DNA from: Pelomyxa schiedti
Taxonomy: Eukaryota > Protista > Evosea
Direction of reading: 5' to 3'
Length of the DNA: 44,080 bases
NCBI GenBank assembly: GCA_020536535.1
Contig: JAHLWZ010000930.1
Coordinates: 1 to 44,080 of the forward strand
A program made the position numbers and the translations under genes. The notes under the pieces are model-generated. The model was not told the origin of the DNA, did not search any database, and saw nothing but the letters and a program-made list of their open reading frames with translations. This document shows, piece after piece, positions 22,113-34,133 of the stretch; the first letter of the stretch is position 1; every line of letters starts with the position of its first letter.

Positions 22113-24241
22113 TCAGTGCTTGAGGAACCCATGCAGATCATCTTGTAGTGCTAGTTTCTGAAGTACATAGGCAGAGGCCTTTGTGTGCCTCTCCAGGGCC
22201 ACTGGGGAATAGTTATCAAGGGTATCACAATACTCATGATAGCAAGGGTCATAGTCCACATTGGAAACACCCCCAAAGGTATTGAACTCTTCATCGGTCT
22301 TGATTAAATCTATATATATTTTTAACCATTTGTAAATCCACCGATTTAAATGTAAATTGTGGAATCGCAACCTGGACCACCTCCTTCTGATAGTGGGGCA
22401 GCGGCGGGAATCAGCTCCTCTAGGAAACCGGCATAATCAGAATTTGCCTCATAGGGCACAAGAACTGGGGTTATGTCAATGGATGTATAGTAATCAGTGT
22501 ACAGGGACTATGGTGGAGGGAAGAGTTGTGCCAGTGAACCACAATGAAATGTCATGAGGGAGAGGATACTTGAAGTTTCGAGCAGGAATCCCGGAGTGTT
22601 TTGTCTTCTAAGGCTGAGGCATTGAAAATTGCGGTTACGTAATTTGGGGCTGCAACCATGTCGTGATTGAGATCTAAATTGTGAACAGTTTAGAATTTTC
22701 ATATTTTAGTTGAAATTTATAGAATCGGCGTACATGCTTCTACAGAGTAGCTGTGCTCCCCAAGGTGCTGCGTTGAATAAGTAACATACAAAAAACCACT
22801 ATCAAACCTGAATATAATAAAATGATCCATAAAGCCAGACTTCCTCTGCTCCCCATAGAGCAAAGATTATTTTATTCGGAGAGTCAAGAGCCCTAATCAA
22901 TTGTTGGAAGTAGTTACCAATTGAGCGATTACTTGGAGTTGTGCAGAGCTGATGCAAGCTCCAGAACAGCAGCAACACCACTGTTGCACTTATTTACAAA
23001 AAAAAAAAAAAAAAAAAAAGAAAAATGGGCCTTGTGCCTTCCATTATCCTCAATCCCAGTTGATTCTGTGGAGCCATCAAGATGTCCTCCCACAACAATT
23101 GCGGCCACTGAGTCCTGTTAAGATTGAGCATAATGAGAGACAAAAGGGTGATACATTCACTTTGCCTGTCTCTGCTAGTACATTAACGCTTTCTACTGTA
23201 ATATTTTCAGTTTGTAGCTGTCATTTTCAGTTGTTGTATGGTTAAGAAAAGCTTACATCAAGTTGGATGATTGGGTTCTGTTCTAGAGCCAACTGATATC
23301 CAAATTTGAATGACAGTCCAACCACAGGAATGTGGACAAGGCTGGGATTCACATTGCTTGAAGGCGGGCCAATGCTACCATCTGCATTGTATATTATGGT
23401 TGCAACTGCACCTGCTCTGAGTTTACAAATGTTGGAACAAGAGAAAAAGATAAAAATAAAAGAAACGGGAATCACATTTGAGCGTAAAGTGCTTTAAAAT
23501 CGGGCCAACAGCCACCCCTATACACAAGAGCAATATTTCCATGTGGAAACCCTATGGGTGATCAGTTCTTAATTTAAAAAAAAAAAACAATGAAACCTTG
23601 AAAATCCTGTCTGGAACAGCCATACCCCTCCACAACAGTAACATTTGCAGTCAGTGTTGCACTGGGTGAGCCTGTGTATATGCTAAAGTCATTGACGTAA
23701 ACATAATCTCGAGCACTCGGTTGTAGCTCACGCAATGTGGGGGTTCCAATAGGTCTTGTGTCAGGGTAAGTGAACCGTTGTTGAGTTACTGTCAAGTAAT
23801 CATGTTTGCTGAGTTCAGTTGTGACATAGTCGACAGAGGCAGTGTAGCTAGGAAAGGAATTCTATTAGAAAATAATGATCCATTGTGAGGGATTCTTGAT
23901 GTGGTTTGCATACCCAGGGGTGGCATCAGCCCTATTTCCACCGTTTGCATCTCCAAGAGCCTGAAGCTGTTCCAAGTGCCCTTGCATGTTTTCCAAGCTC
24001 ACATTTTGGTCCAAATCAGAATTCCTTTGTGTGAACACAACAGCCAAGATAATGACAACTTTTTGTGTGAAAAAGGCACCGTTTTAGACACGAAATGGTT
24101 GATTTTTTTGGGGGGGCAAGAAAAACCTAGGGAAGTAATGGCCAAAAGAGAGATTACAACACAGACAACAGTCTTCTTGACATTGCAGTTGGCCAGGGCA
24201 GTGGACACACCCCCTCCCATCAGCGAGGACTTCTCCGCCAT
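22113..24241 (-). CDS. M28 family aminopeptidase with PA domain and N-terminal signal/membrane anchor
   Basis: HLEQLQALGDANGGNRADATPGY, PA domain IALVYRGGC...AGAVATIIYN, and zinc/catalytic motifs GGHLD, EDNGSG, WGAEE, LNHDMV, SDY and YDPCYHEYCDTLDN. Hydrophobic N-terminal helix. Confidence 0.88.
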
Positions 24242-24634
24242 ACCTTTGTGATGTTTTGACTGATCAAACTGATCTATAATTTCCAACGGACAAGCCGAGC
24301 GAATCGGGTTGTTGAGAACTGAACAGGTTCTGAGGGACCGGACTTGGGTAACCATTAAGTTATGGACTATCGCGCGTGACCAACCTCACACTCAGGTGAC
24401 CCACCCCCTCTCTGGGCGAGAAGATTGCAACGGGAAGTCTTGAGTCAACCACTGATTACGGCAGGAAGCTGGGCCTGGTAGTGCGAAATGAACTTCACCG
24501 AAACCACCCTCAGGTATGGTGGACACTCACGAACGAAACAACGAAAAGTGATGATCATCTCGGGATTTTTTTCGCGTTTCGTTTCAATCGTGTGCCGTCA
24601 TTGTCAACCAGTGATTTAAGGTTTTTTCCCCGGC

Positions 24635-27600
24635 ATGTCCTCGGCACCACCGTTGCCATCCAGGACCCTCAGCACCCCCAACTTGGCTGCTTTGGGTTAG
24701 TTTTTTTTTTTTTTCCCCCTTCCCTTTATTATAATGGCCCGCCTCCGCCACCAGCAACCACACGCACACCAAACAACTAAGTGCCAAATAACGAATTGAA
24801 AATCAATAGCACCCAGAATACCATCCAGAAATGCGAACTCTTCATCACCACTGCACAGTTCCACCACAGGGACACCCCCACAGATCCCACTTCGTTCCAG
24901 TGCGGCGACAACCACGCCCAATCCCAATACTAATCCCACCACTACCACTACTACCACCGCTTCTTCTCCCTCCACCACATCGACGACTACCACTGGGGGA
25001 GGCCCACACACGCCCACGACCACGGGCCGCCCGAGCGGCCGCAGTGCACTCACCAGCTCGGCTCCCATAATGCCATCTCGCACAACCCCGGCCTCCACAC
25101 CCTCCTCCCCGCTTCAGCCTCAGCGCCAGCAGGAAACCAAACCCATAAGTGCCGCAATGCCCCCTCGGCCGAGTGCTCCTGCTACCCCGCCTGGAAGTTC
25201 TGCTAATGGCAGTACTTCATCACATGGCTCAGTACAACCACAACTCCCAGCCAGGTATCTTGCCTTATTCACCGTATTCTGATTCACCTGTTTTTTTTTT
25301 TTTTTAATTTGTTCCATTTGGTTGGTGGTGGGTGCCACTGCAATGCAACTAAATTCTATTCTTTTCTCTCTAACAGAACGGCTGCTACTGGGAATGCTCG
25401 TTCAAGCAGTCCTACTACTGTTACTACAACACCTTTGGCTGCGGACTCCACTGCTCAGTCCAATCCTGGTTCCCCAGTATTACCTCCCCGAAGGAATGCT
25501 ACTCCTGCCGCGGCAGCACCTCCGTCACTTCCTCCCAGGTCCTCAGGGGATTCCTGTTCTCAACCTGTGACTGAACATGTGCATGAGGAGGTTGGCAGGC
25601 AGGATGACGAGGAACACCCTCAGAGCACACATGAGGACTCCACCTCACCTTCTCCCCTGCAGGAAGGTGATGACAACACTGCACCCCAGACTGAATCTAC
25701 ACCACCTTCCTCTAGTGATTCACACACATCAACTGCTCATCTCCCTCATCCTCACCCAGTCCTTCGTCGTACTACAAGTGGAGGTGAAACCAACTCCCCA
25801 TCTGCTTTTCCAAGACCAGTGGCAATCCGGCATCAACACTCCGCAAGCCAACAAATGACACCAACGGAAACTGATAACCTACGAGAAAAGGCGAACAGTG
25901 CACCTCCCCGTCGTGCCCCACCTCCAATTCCCCCCAAAAAGCCTCTAGTTGCAAGTGCTGCCAAATCTTCCATGGAAACAAACACTGCACATACCCCTGA
26001 AAGCTCAACAACAACCTCAACCTCTGAAACAACAACTAGTCAAGAATCTCATACCCAATCAGAAGCGCCATCAAGTGCTCCTCCCCTTCCACGCAGAGTG
26101 CCAGGCTCAGTTACTTGCCGACCAACTCTTACAACCTCCGCATCAGCAACAAGCACGACATCTAATAAGTGCCTGCGGGGCTCCTCCGCCACAAGTTCTA
26201 CTACGACCACACCACCACTTGCTCAAGATACAGAAGCTAGCAGCGCCGCTCAAGTGAGCCCAGAATCTCCGCCATCCTCTTCAATGTCAGCAACTGAACT
26301 TAGTGGCTGGGTGGAGCATCTCACTCCAGAAGAGGCAGGAAAGCTCCCAGACATGCTTAAAAAGCGAACCCAAGTGGTGGCTGAGATCTTGTCAACTGAG
26401 GAAACTTACTTTCAGCAACTAAATGCAGTTGTACAGGTATTGTGTTTGTCTTTTCTTGCTTCCTTAGCAAGTGTTAGAGGTTTGTTGAACACCTGAAGTG
26501 TGTTCCTAAAGGCCTTGGCCTATCATCAGAAGATATATTCAATATTTTCTGTAATCTCGAGGTCATCCGTGACTGCCATTCAAGGTTTAACCATTAAAAT
26601 GTGCAGTGGAAACAAACTAATGCAAAAAAGATTGCTAGCTGCAATTGGGGCAAGAGTTGCTGCCTGGGATGCTAATTGTCTAATAGGAGATATTTTTAGA
26701 AAGGAGGTACCTTTTCAAACCTTTTTATCTTTAGACTTACACACCTAGACTGCATGGATCAAACTTTATAAGCACTATATAAACAACTATGGCAAGAGTT
26801 TAATATCCTTGAAGGAATGCAAGGACAAGCACCCTCTTTTTAAGAAGTACCTGGAGGTAAAACAATAATAAAATGATACTTTTTGATGCCTGAAATAGTT
26901 AATGAATTACTCACCTGCACTGTTTGGTCTCAACTTAGAGAGTCTACTTATTGTGCCAGTTCAAAGAATTCCTCGATGTAAGTGATATTTCTTGGTATTG
27001 GTTTACTCAAAACATTCTTAGATGTACTTTTGTTGACTGATGTACTGCGAGCTACTCCTAAAGCCCACCCCGACTATCAAAACCTTGAAGAAGCATTGAA
27101 TTTCATTAAAGAGCTTGCCGATTACATCAACGAAAATAAGGCTGACGCAGATTCAATTGCTGAATTATGTGAGATACAAACAAGACTACTTGACTTCCCT
27201 GGTCCTGGCAAACTTGCCAGTCAACCAAAACGCAAATTCGTGAAGGAGGGTGCTGCACTTTTAAATAAGAAGAAGAAGTACCTGTTTCTGTTCTCAGATA
27301 TTTTGGTCACTGCCAAAGGTCCAGACAAGTCTGGTAAGTTCAAATTCGATCAGTTGATACACCTGAATACAACCTCCGTTCAGGTATACGGGCAAATCCC
27401 TTACTTGTTTCACACTCTATTGTAGGGGGGTGCTGCACATAGCATCAACATTATCAGTACAGATGGAATGCAAAACTGCACATTCCACACTGAAAAGGAT
27501 TTCGATGAATGGTACAAGGCACTGTCTCTTTCTTGCCAATCTGCAAGGGATACAATGATTGCCAGTGCCTTTGTTGATACTGTATTCTTTTGTTTTTCAT

Positions 27601-28514
27601 CTCCTTGGGTTTTTAAAAGTATGTAGGTCAACTCTCTAAATGAAGGTTCGCGGTCTTACACAGCCATCGTAAATGCCGAGAATGACAAAAAATGCAGTGC
27701 AGCCGTAGTCAAGCTTGGCGAGTCAGAAGCGGAATATGTAAAGCATATAAAAATTGTATACACGGTACTCTAAGCATGAAAATAAATATGGGACTTACCA
27801 ATTATGTTCTATCTAGCTCTTTATACAACCAATGAAACAAACTGCAGATGGCCCCGCTCCAGTAATTGACAGCACAATTGTTAACCAGCTATATAATTGT
27901 TGGGTGAAGTTAGTTGAAGAACATTCCAGGTATCAATAACTATGCCGGACCCAGCTAACATGTTACAGATTGTCATGCGAGTTGCAGAAGAAAATCGCCT
28001 CATGGGAACCCGGAAGCACTGTTACAGATATATTCGATGCACCAAAACTTGTTGCCATCTACACTGAGTACGTGGAACACTATGCAGAGCAAACTTCACG
28101 AATTGACAAAGCCAAAGAATCCAGTCAGTCTTTTCTTCTGTGGCTATTGGTGTGCATAAACGAAAACAAAATGGAAAGTGCGGATTTTATTCTCACCTTT
28201 AAATCGCTTCAGGATGTGGAAGCCAAGAACAAAACCGACTTGAAACTGTCTCTGGAAAGACCACTTAAACAAATTTCCTCTTACTACTTGCAGCTTCAGG
28301 TAAGAATTGCTTGGCCACAATCCAAAAATGATTACAAAACAACACACTCATGTACTCTTCACAGGAAATGATGCACTACACAAACAAGAAATCAACACAC
28401 TTCGAAGTTCTGAAGAACCTCGTTTTACAGTTAGGACTTGCCACAGAGGAACTTAAAAGAAAAACCACACACACAACAGCCACAGTGGAAAAACGGAAAA
28501 AGTCAAAATCATAA
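24635..28514 (+). CDS. Dbl-family RhoGEF: Pro/Ser/Thr-rich N-terminus, DH-PH, second divergent DH
   Basis: KRTQVVAEILSTEETYFQQL, WIKLYKHYINNY, LESLLIVPVQRIPRYVLLLTDVLRATPKAHPDY and PH RKFVKEG...YLFLFSDILV. Second DH: KLGESEAEYVKHIK, IYTEYVEHY, LERPLKQISSYYLQL. First exon MSSAPPLPSR joined through intron 24696-24809. Confidence 0.88.
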
Positions 28515-28693
28515 CACCAACCAAGCCAAGTGAGTGTATTTTTTCCCATACAATAACTATTTATTTATTCAAAAAAAAGTTTTTTGTTTTTTAAATAATG
28601 GGCTTTGAGAGAAATCCCAAGGTTCTTTTCCGTGGTTTAGGTAGATATTGCTCTTCAGTGGTTTCTGTATAGTTGGAGACTGTAATGCAATAT

Positions 28694-29711
28694 CTAGCAG
28701 CACCCTTTGGAGGCGGCTTGTGGTGCCACGGTGAGACCAAATGCGTTGGTTCTGGCCCTGTGAACTGGTGAGAATTTGTTTTTGTTTGCGTTTGCGTTCG
28801 CGTTCGGCCTGCGCGTGAGTATATTTGTGTGCCGCCCTCGTTAAATCCTTATATACTTGGGTGATTTGATTCGGTTGTTCAAAATAAGCTCTGCTGTAGT
28901 TGTGAATACTTGAAGTACACTCTCCTCTTTAAGAGCACTGCACTCTACGAACTGATGCCCTTGCTCAGCGGCCCAGTTTGCAGCTCGTTTAGCAGGTACC
29001 TGGGGCAGTTACTTTTCTAGAGAATCAACAAGAGATATACCACTGCTTCCTTATCAGTCTTATTTCCTACAATCAACAGAGGAACTTCTGGCAGGAAGTC
29101 TTTGGCAGAGGTATACCACTCTATGAGTTGATCCAAGGAGTCAGGCTTGCTAACGTCATACACAAGCAAGCCCGCTTCCATTCCTATTTTACTAAGTTCA
29201 CCACTGTGATCCTCTCTGAAACGGGGGATGAAAGATACCGTGGAAGTATGATTTACAGACACCGTTATACCTTTCCATGCCTTAGGTGTAACAATTAGAA
29301 TAGAGGATAATGAGGAACAGACCAACCCTGGGTATCCCAGACTAGGAGAGGGATTTCCTTGTCCTTAATAGTAATTGGTCTCATCATGAAGTCGCAACCA
29401 ATTGTAGCCTGAGAAATACATTAGGAAAAAGGGGAAAAAAAAGACAAAAAAAAAGGAATCAATACCTTGTATGTGTCGAGAGACGCGAGCGGCTTTTGTG
29501 TTGCAAACCTGACCTCGAATTAAACCAGAAAAAAAAAGAAAAAAAACAGAGGTACCTCGTCCATATCGACGTCTTTCCTACTCTAAAACCAGCAGAAGCG
29601 TGAGTGATTTGATTCTCCGTGATGAAAAAAAAAAAAAAAAAGTGGAAACACTACACACCCACAAGGACCAAGCAACACAACCTTGGCTGGATCTGTTGTA
29701 AGTACGGGCAT
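28694..29711 (-). CDS. Divergent Rab-family small GTPase
   Basis: Spliced: KVVLLGPCGVGKTS, YKATIGCDF, WDTQGMERY, GLLVYDVS, VGNKTD, FVECSAL, and a C-terminal KGCC* prenylation motif. Confidence 0.88.
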
Positions 29712-30066
29712 TTGCGCTCAACACACACAGGGTATTGGTTCGGGTTTGATCTCCTCTGATTTTTTGAAATGAATTGTGAATTTCTGAGGATCTCTGGGTT
29801 TTGACAGCAGTTGCCTGATGAACCTTTTTGTGGAACGGCAGAAGCCTCACAGCCAGGCCAATACACGATTTCTCCAGCCGTCCACGCAGTGGAACTTCCC
29901 TCTCATTCAGGTCCTCCCTGACCATGAAACTTCCCGCGAACTAGAGTCATCTCTGACTCTGATCCAGTTCCCCCTTGACTCTAGTTCCTGCGGGACCTCC
30001 TTCCCAGTTACCCCCAGAGTCTCAGATAATCATTTTTCCGATAAATAGAATTTGGCGGTTAGACGC

Positions 30067-33000
30067 ATGTATTCCGCCAAAGTGGTAGTCGTTGGTGATG
30101 GGGCCGTTGGCAAGACCTGCCTGATCACTACGTGTGCAATTGGATAACCTATTAATTGGTCCACTTGCTTTTTTTTTTTTTTTTTTTTTGACCATGCGGC
30201 CAAATGCAGCATGTGCTGCGGAACTTTTCCACATTGGGAATACGTGAGCACGATCTTTGACAATGTAGTACAATTCTGTCTCCACTTCAGTTATTTGTTT
30301 CTTTCATTATTTGTGACCTGGAATCTCAGTTTACTACCAACATCATTGTTGAGGGAAAGTCTGTGTGTGTGGGACTGTGGGACACGTTAGTTCTCATATC
30401 TGTGCATATTTACTCTGACCAACCTCCCTCTCCTTTCACAGGGCTGGACAAGAGGACTATGACAGGCTTAGGCCACTTTCGTATGTTCCTGAGTTGAGTT
30501 ACAAAATTTCATGAAATTCCAGGTATCCCGAGACTGATGTGTTCCTCATTTGCTTCAAGATTACTTCCAGAAACTCATTTCTAAATGCAACCACAAAATG
30601 GATCGACGAGGTTAGACACTATTGCCCCAAGGTTTATATGCGAAAACTGGTAAAAGCTATCTTAATTGAGATACAGACAGTAGTACTACTCGTGGGTCTG
30701 CAGAGCGATCTCCTCCTTGTTGCGCCGAAGTCGGCTTATGTAGTGTATTTCTTTATCACTGTTTGCCTACTCTCTGCAGGAAAGAGCTCAAGGTCCCCCA
30801 GTGAGATTTTCCGAAGGAGTAGTTGCTGCTAGTAAAATGAAAGCCTATGGCTACTTCCAGTGCAGGTTCGGATGTTACATTGATGACTACCATATTTCTA
30901 ACGGGGTCTTTTTCATAGTGCCCTGACAAGTACGGGAACCAAGGTTTTAGTGGAAGAAGCCACCAGAGCAGCACTGACCAACGATCTGGTAAAAAGAAAG
31001 CTGAAATGGAACTTTTCGTTGTTCAGTAAGCCAGAAACTACTCCAACACTCAATACCAGCGCCGTGGTCCCAATTCCAAGTTTCACATCCAAAGCTCACT
31101 CTCCCTGGACAAAAATTAATGGTGGAGTACCAAGGTAAGCCTCTTTTTGTTGTGATTTCATTTGTAATCCTCCTCACTAGATACGGCCATGTTGCCCTTG
31201 TAATAGGCTCCATTATGTTTACTCTGTTTTGTATGTTTCGCTTTAACACCAAGTAGGTACATCTTTGGTGGCAACAATGCACAGCATCAGACTCAGAACT
31301 GTGAGGTTCTTTCTCCTTGTTCCAAAAAAAAAAAAAAAAAAATAAAAACCCATCACCTTTTTTACATCTATTCTCCAGGTACTTAGATACGATTTATTTG
31401 ATGAAACTTGGCTTCCCTCTGCTCCTTTACCTGCTGATTTTTGTGGTACCGTGTTCCCTTGCGCGATATCACACTCAGGCTGTATGTTCGCGTTCGGTGA
31501 GTAATTGAAATTAGTTGAACTTCTTCCCATTACTCCAATTTCTCACAACCAATAGGGGGAAGAAGTTCTAGATACTCTAGCAAAATGATAATAGGGATTC
31601 CCGACACGAAAGAGTAAATAAAACTGTTTCTTCACAGCTCACTCACTTGGGAAGACCAGGGTTCCTTGCTAAATTCATTATTTGTGAGACCGCACCGCCA
31701 GCAGTTTTTGGGGCAACGACTGTTGCTCACCATGGGAGCATGGTTATGTTTGGTGGTTTTGATTCTGTTACTAGCACTCCCTCAAATGGGTTGTATTCTT
31801 TGGCACTTTCAGACCTTAATTGGAAGCAGCTGGTACTCAGCCCTGTTTTTAATTCCTAAATTGCCGTTAGGAAATACCAGAAAACTCTATTTTTCCCTCT
31901 GCCAGGTACCATCACACTGCCGTGCAATACAAGTCATCAATGATCATGTTTGTCGTCATTTACTTTTCACTCTAAAACACTACATAGTTATGGGGGAATC
32001 GGTGAAAACGGGATGTGGCTCAATGATTTGTGGGCTATCGATGTTGATAACTTACCTGTATGTCCACCCATACATCTTAAACCGTCAACGATGACAATAG
32101 AACGCCACCAATTTGTCACCTAGTGGTGAACTTCCTCCCGCAATGAGAGGACATGCCGCCTGTATTGGGCAAGAATTCATGTTCATATTTGGGTATAATA
32201 GCAACAGCTTCCAAAACTCACATCCTGCCACAGCTCTGCTCAACATAGCAGCGAAGGAATCTTATACCGCCTGGACCTGCAGCAGTATGCACAGCACTTC
32301 CTTTATTAGAGCTGATATTGAACAGTATGACCTGGTCGAGAATGATAACTGGTGGGACCCCAGTTGCTCGTGATTTCCACAGTTTAGTGTGTCCAAATGA
32401 CCGGCTTCTCTTATTGTGCATACATCAGCATTTATTAAACTGTAACTACTTTACTTAGATTTGGTGGCCTTATGAGGACTACAACTGCAGTAGATGATGT
32501 ACTCGGTGACTGTTGGGTGTTAGATGTTAGGTGTCCAACTGCTGAGTGTGCCAATCTTCCAGTGGATGTTTGGTTGGGTTAGTATCTATTTTCTAGTTTG
32601 GAATTGGTAATGTCAACAGAAATTCTTCAATACTTGGACTTCGTTTCATTGATCAAAGTATCTCGTACCTGCAAGGCATTTTATCAGTAATCCTTGAATT
32701 TATTATCTTGGAATCAACTCATTTTAGCATGGCAAAAACGGAACCCCTTTGGTCCCAAGCATACAACCGAGAATGGAATTTGCCAGGGGAGAATCAGATT
32801 ATGTGGAAAAATGCAGTGTTCACATATGAAGAAGGAAAAACTCATCTTCAGCCTCCTCCACCTGTATGTTTCGACCTTGAAATCTGACTCTAATAAACCG
32901 GCAGAGGTTTACATCACACAATAGAGACCATGAACCTGCGTGCTTTGGTCCTTTTACCACTTTGAAAATGCATGACGGGTCTCTAAAAAATATGCGAAGT

Positions 33001-33536
33001 CTCCTTGTTGGAGACAAAGTCATCACCGGAACTGGTGCCATTTGCACCGTCTCGTGCATTTGGAAGTAATATCCACAATAAAACCCTTCCTCATCTCACC
33101 GGAAAAAAAACCCAAATAACATAGATATGTCTTACACACTCCCGCAATGCTGATATGCAAGCATAGCGAGCAAGACAAAGGCAACCTCCTTCAGATCACA
33201 ACTGACCACCCCATTATGCACAAAGGCACATGGACCCTCCCCACCGTGCTCGGCCCCGCCGCCAAAGTGCCAGACGTCGACTGTGTCTACAACCTCGCGA
33301 TTGACCCCGACGATTCCCACAATCACACCAACCAAAAATCCCTACCAGAAGCAGCAGCAGCGCACAACAGCACAGTAGTAGCGGGGGGAGTAATATGCTG
33401 CACACTTGGAACCCCCGTACCGCCCCCAATGTATGATCCCTTCTGGAGCTCCCACCAAGTCATTGACTGGCTCGAAGCTCGCCCCGATTACCCCAACGTG
33501 GTCACCTTCGCCCTGGTGCCTTCTACTTGTATGTAG
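30067..33536 (+). CDS. Rho/Rac GTPase-Kelch repeats-F-box-Hint (Vint-type) fusion protein
   Basis: Rho: [65 protein letters not shown]. Exon 30919-31133 runs from the G5 helix into the first Kelch blade (GVPR|YGH). Kelch: [44 protein letters not shown]-box: LPVDVWL|[24 protein letters not shown]. Hint: [45 protein letters not shown] possible extra 5' exon starts at 29818. Confidence 0.82.
32941..33536 (+). other. Hint (hedgehog/intein) domain of Vint type with C-terminal extension
   Basis: Block A Cys1 (CF...DG..K....L.VGD.V), block B TxxH (TTDH), block F VYNL, then C.TLG and DPFW...VIDWL. There is no terminal HN of a splicing intein. Confidence 0.82.
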
Positions 33537-33655
33537 TAGATTCAGCCAGTACCCTGGCTTCCGTGAAATCTCCCTTATCCATCAAACACACGGAAACAAA
33601 AAAAAAAACCCCAAGCACCTTTGGGAGCGAAGAGCGGGGCTCGTCGCACAAGACG

Positions 33656-34098
33656 ATGGACAGCAGCAGCACCAACAGCAGCAACGGCGCACGGACGGTG
33701 GTGGTGACCACGACTACGACGGCGCTGGTGCGGGAGGCGTCGGTGGACCCGATGAGGCCGCTGCCGCCCCACCCGTGCTTCCCGCCCCCGCCGTCGTCGC
33801 TGACCCCCTCGTCGGCAGCCACGGCCCTCTCGTCCTTCGCCTCGTCCCTCACCTCCACCCTCTCCTCCTCCCCTTCTTCTTCGTCGTCCTCGTCCTCCTC
33901 CTCCCCGCCCTCTTCCTCCGACAAGCCGGCGGCGCCCCCCTCGGCCTCCTCGCACCTGGTCCCCACCAACATCCCGTGGGACGACGCCCGCCTGTCCCCG
34001 GACTGCTCGACCGTCGCCCTCCGCTCCAAGGCGCCGGCCTCGGCCCTGGCCTTCTGCACCCTCCAGCAGCATCGCCCCAAGCACCCGCAGCCGCAGCC

Positions 34099-34133
<35 letters not shown>

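Noticed and set aside
32941-33536. Mobile protein-splicing intein with homing endonuclease
   Set aside because: No LAGLIDADG motifs, no terminal HN-C/S/T and no interrupted host domain; it fits a Hint auto-processing domain.
1626-33536. Functional cluster of small-GTPase signalling genes (TBC, RasGEF, RhoGEF, Rab, Rho)
   Set aside because: These families are usually very large in amoeboid protists, so co-occurrence is plausible by chance, and unrelated genes are interspersed.
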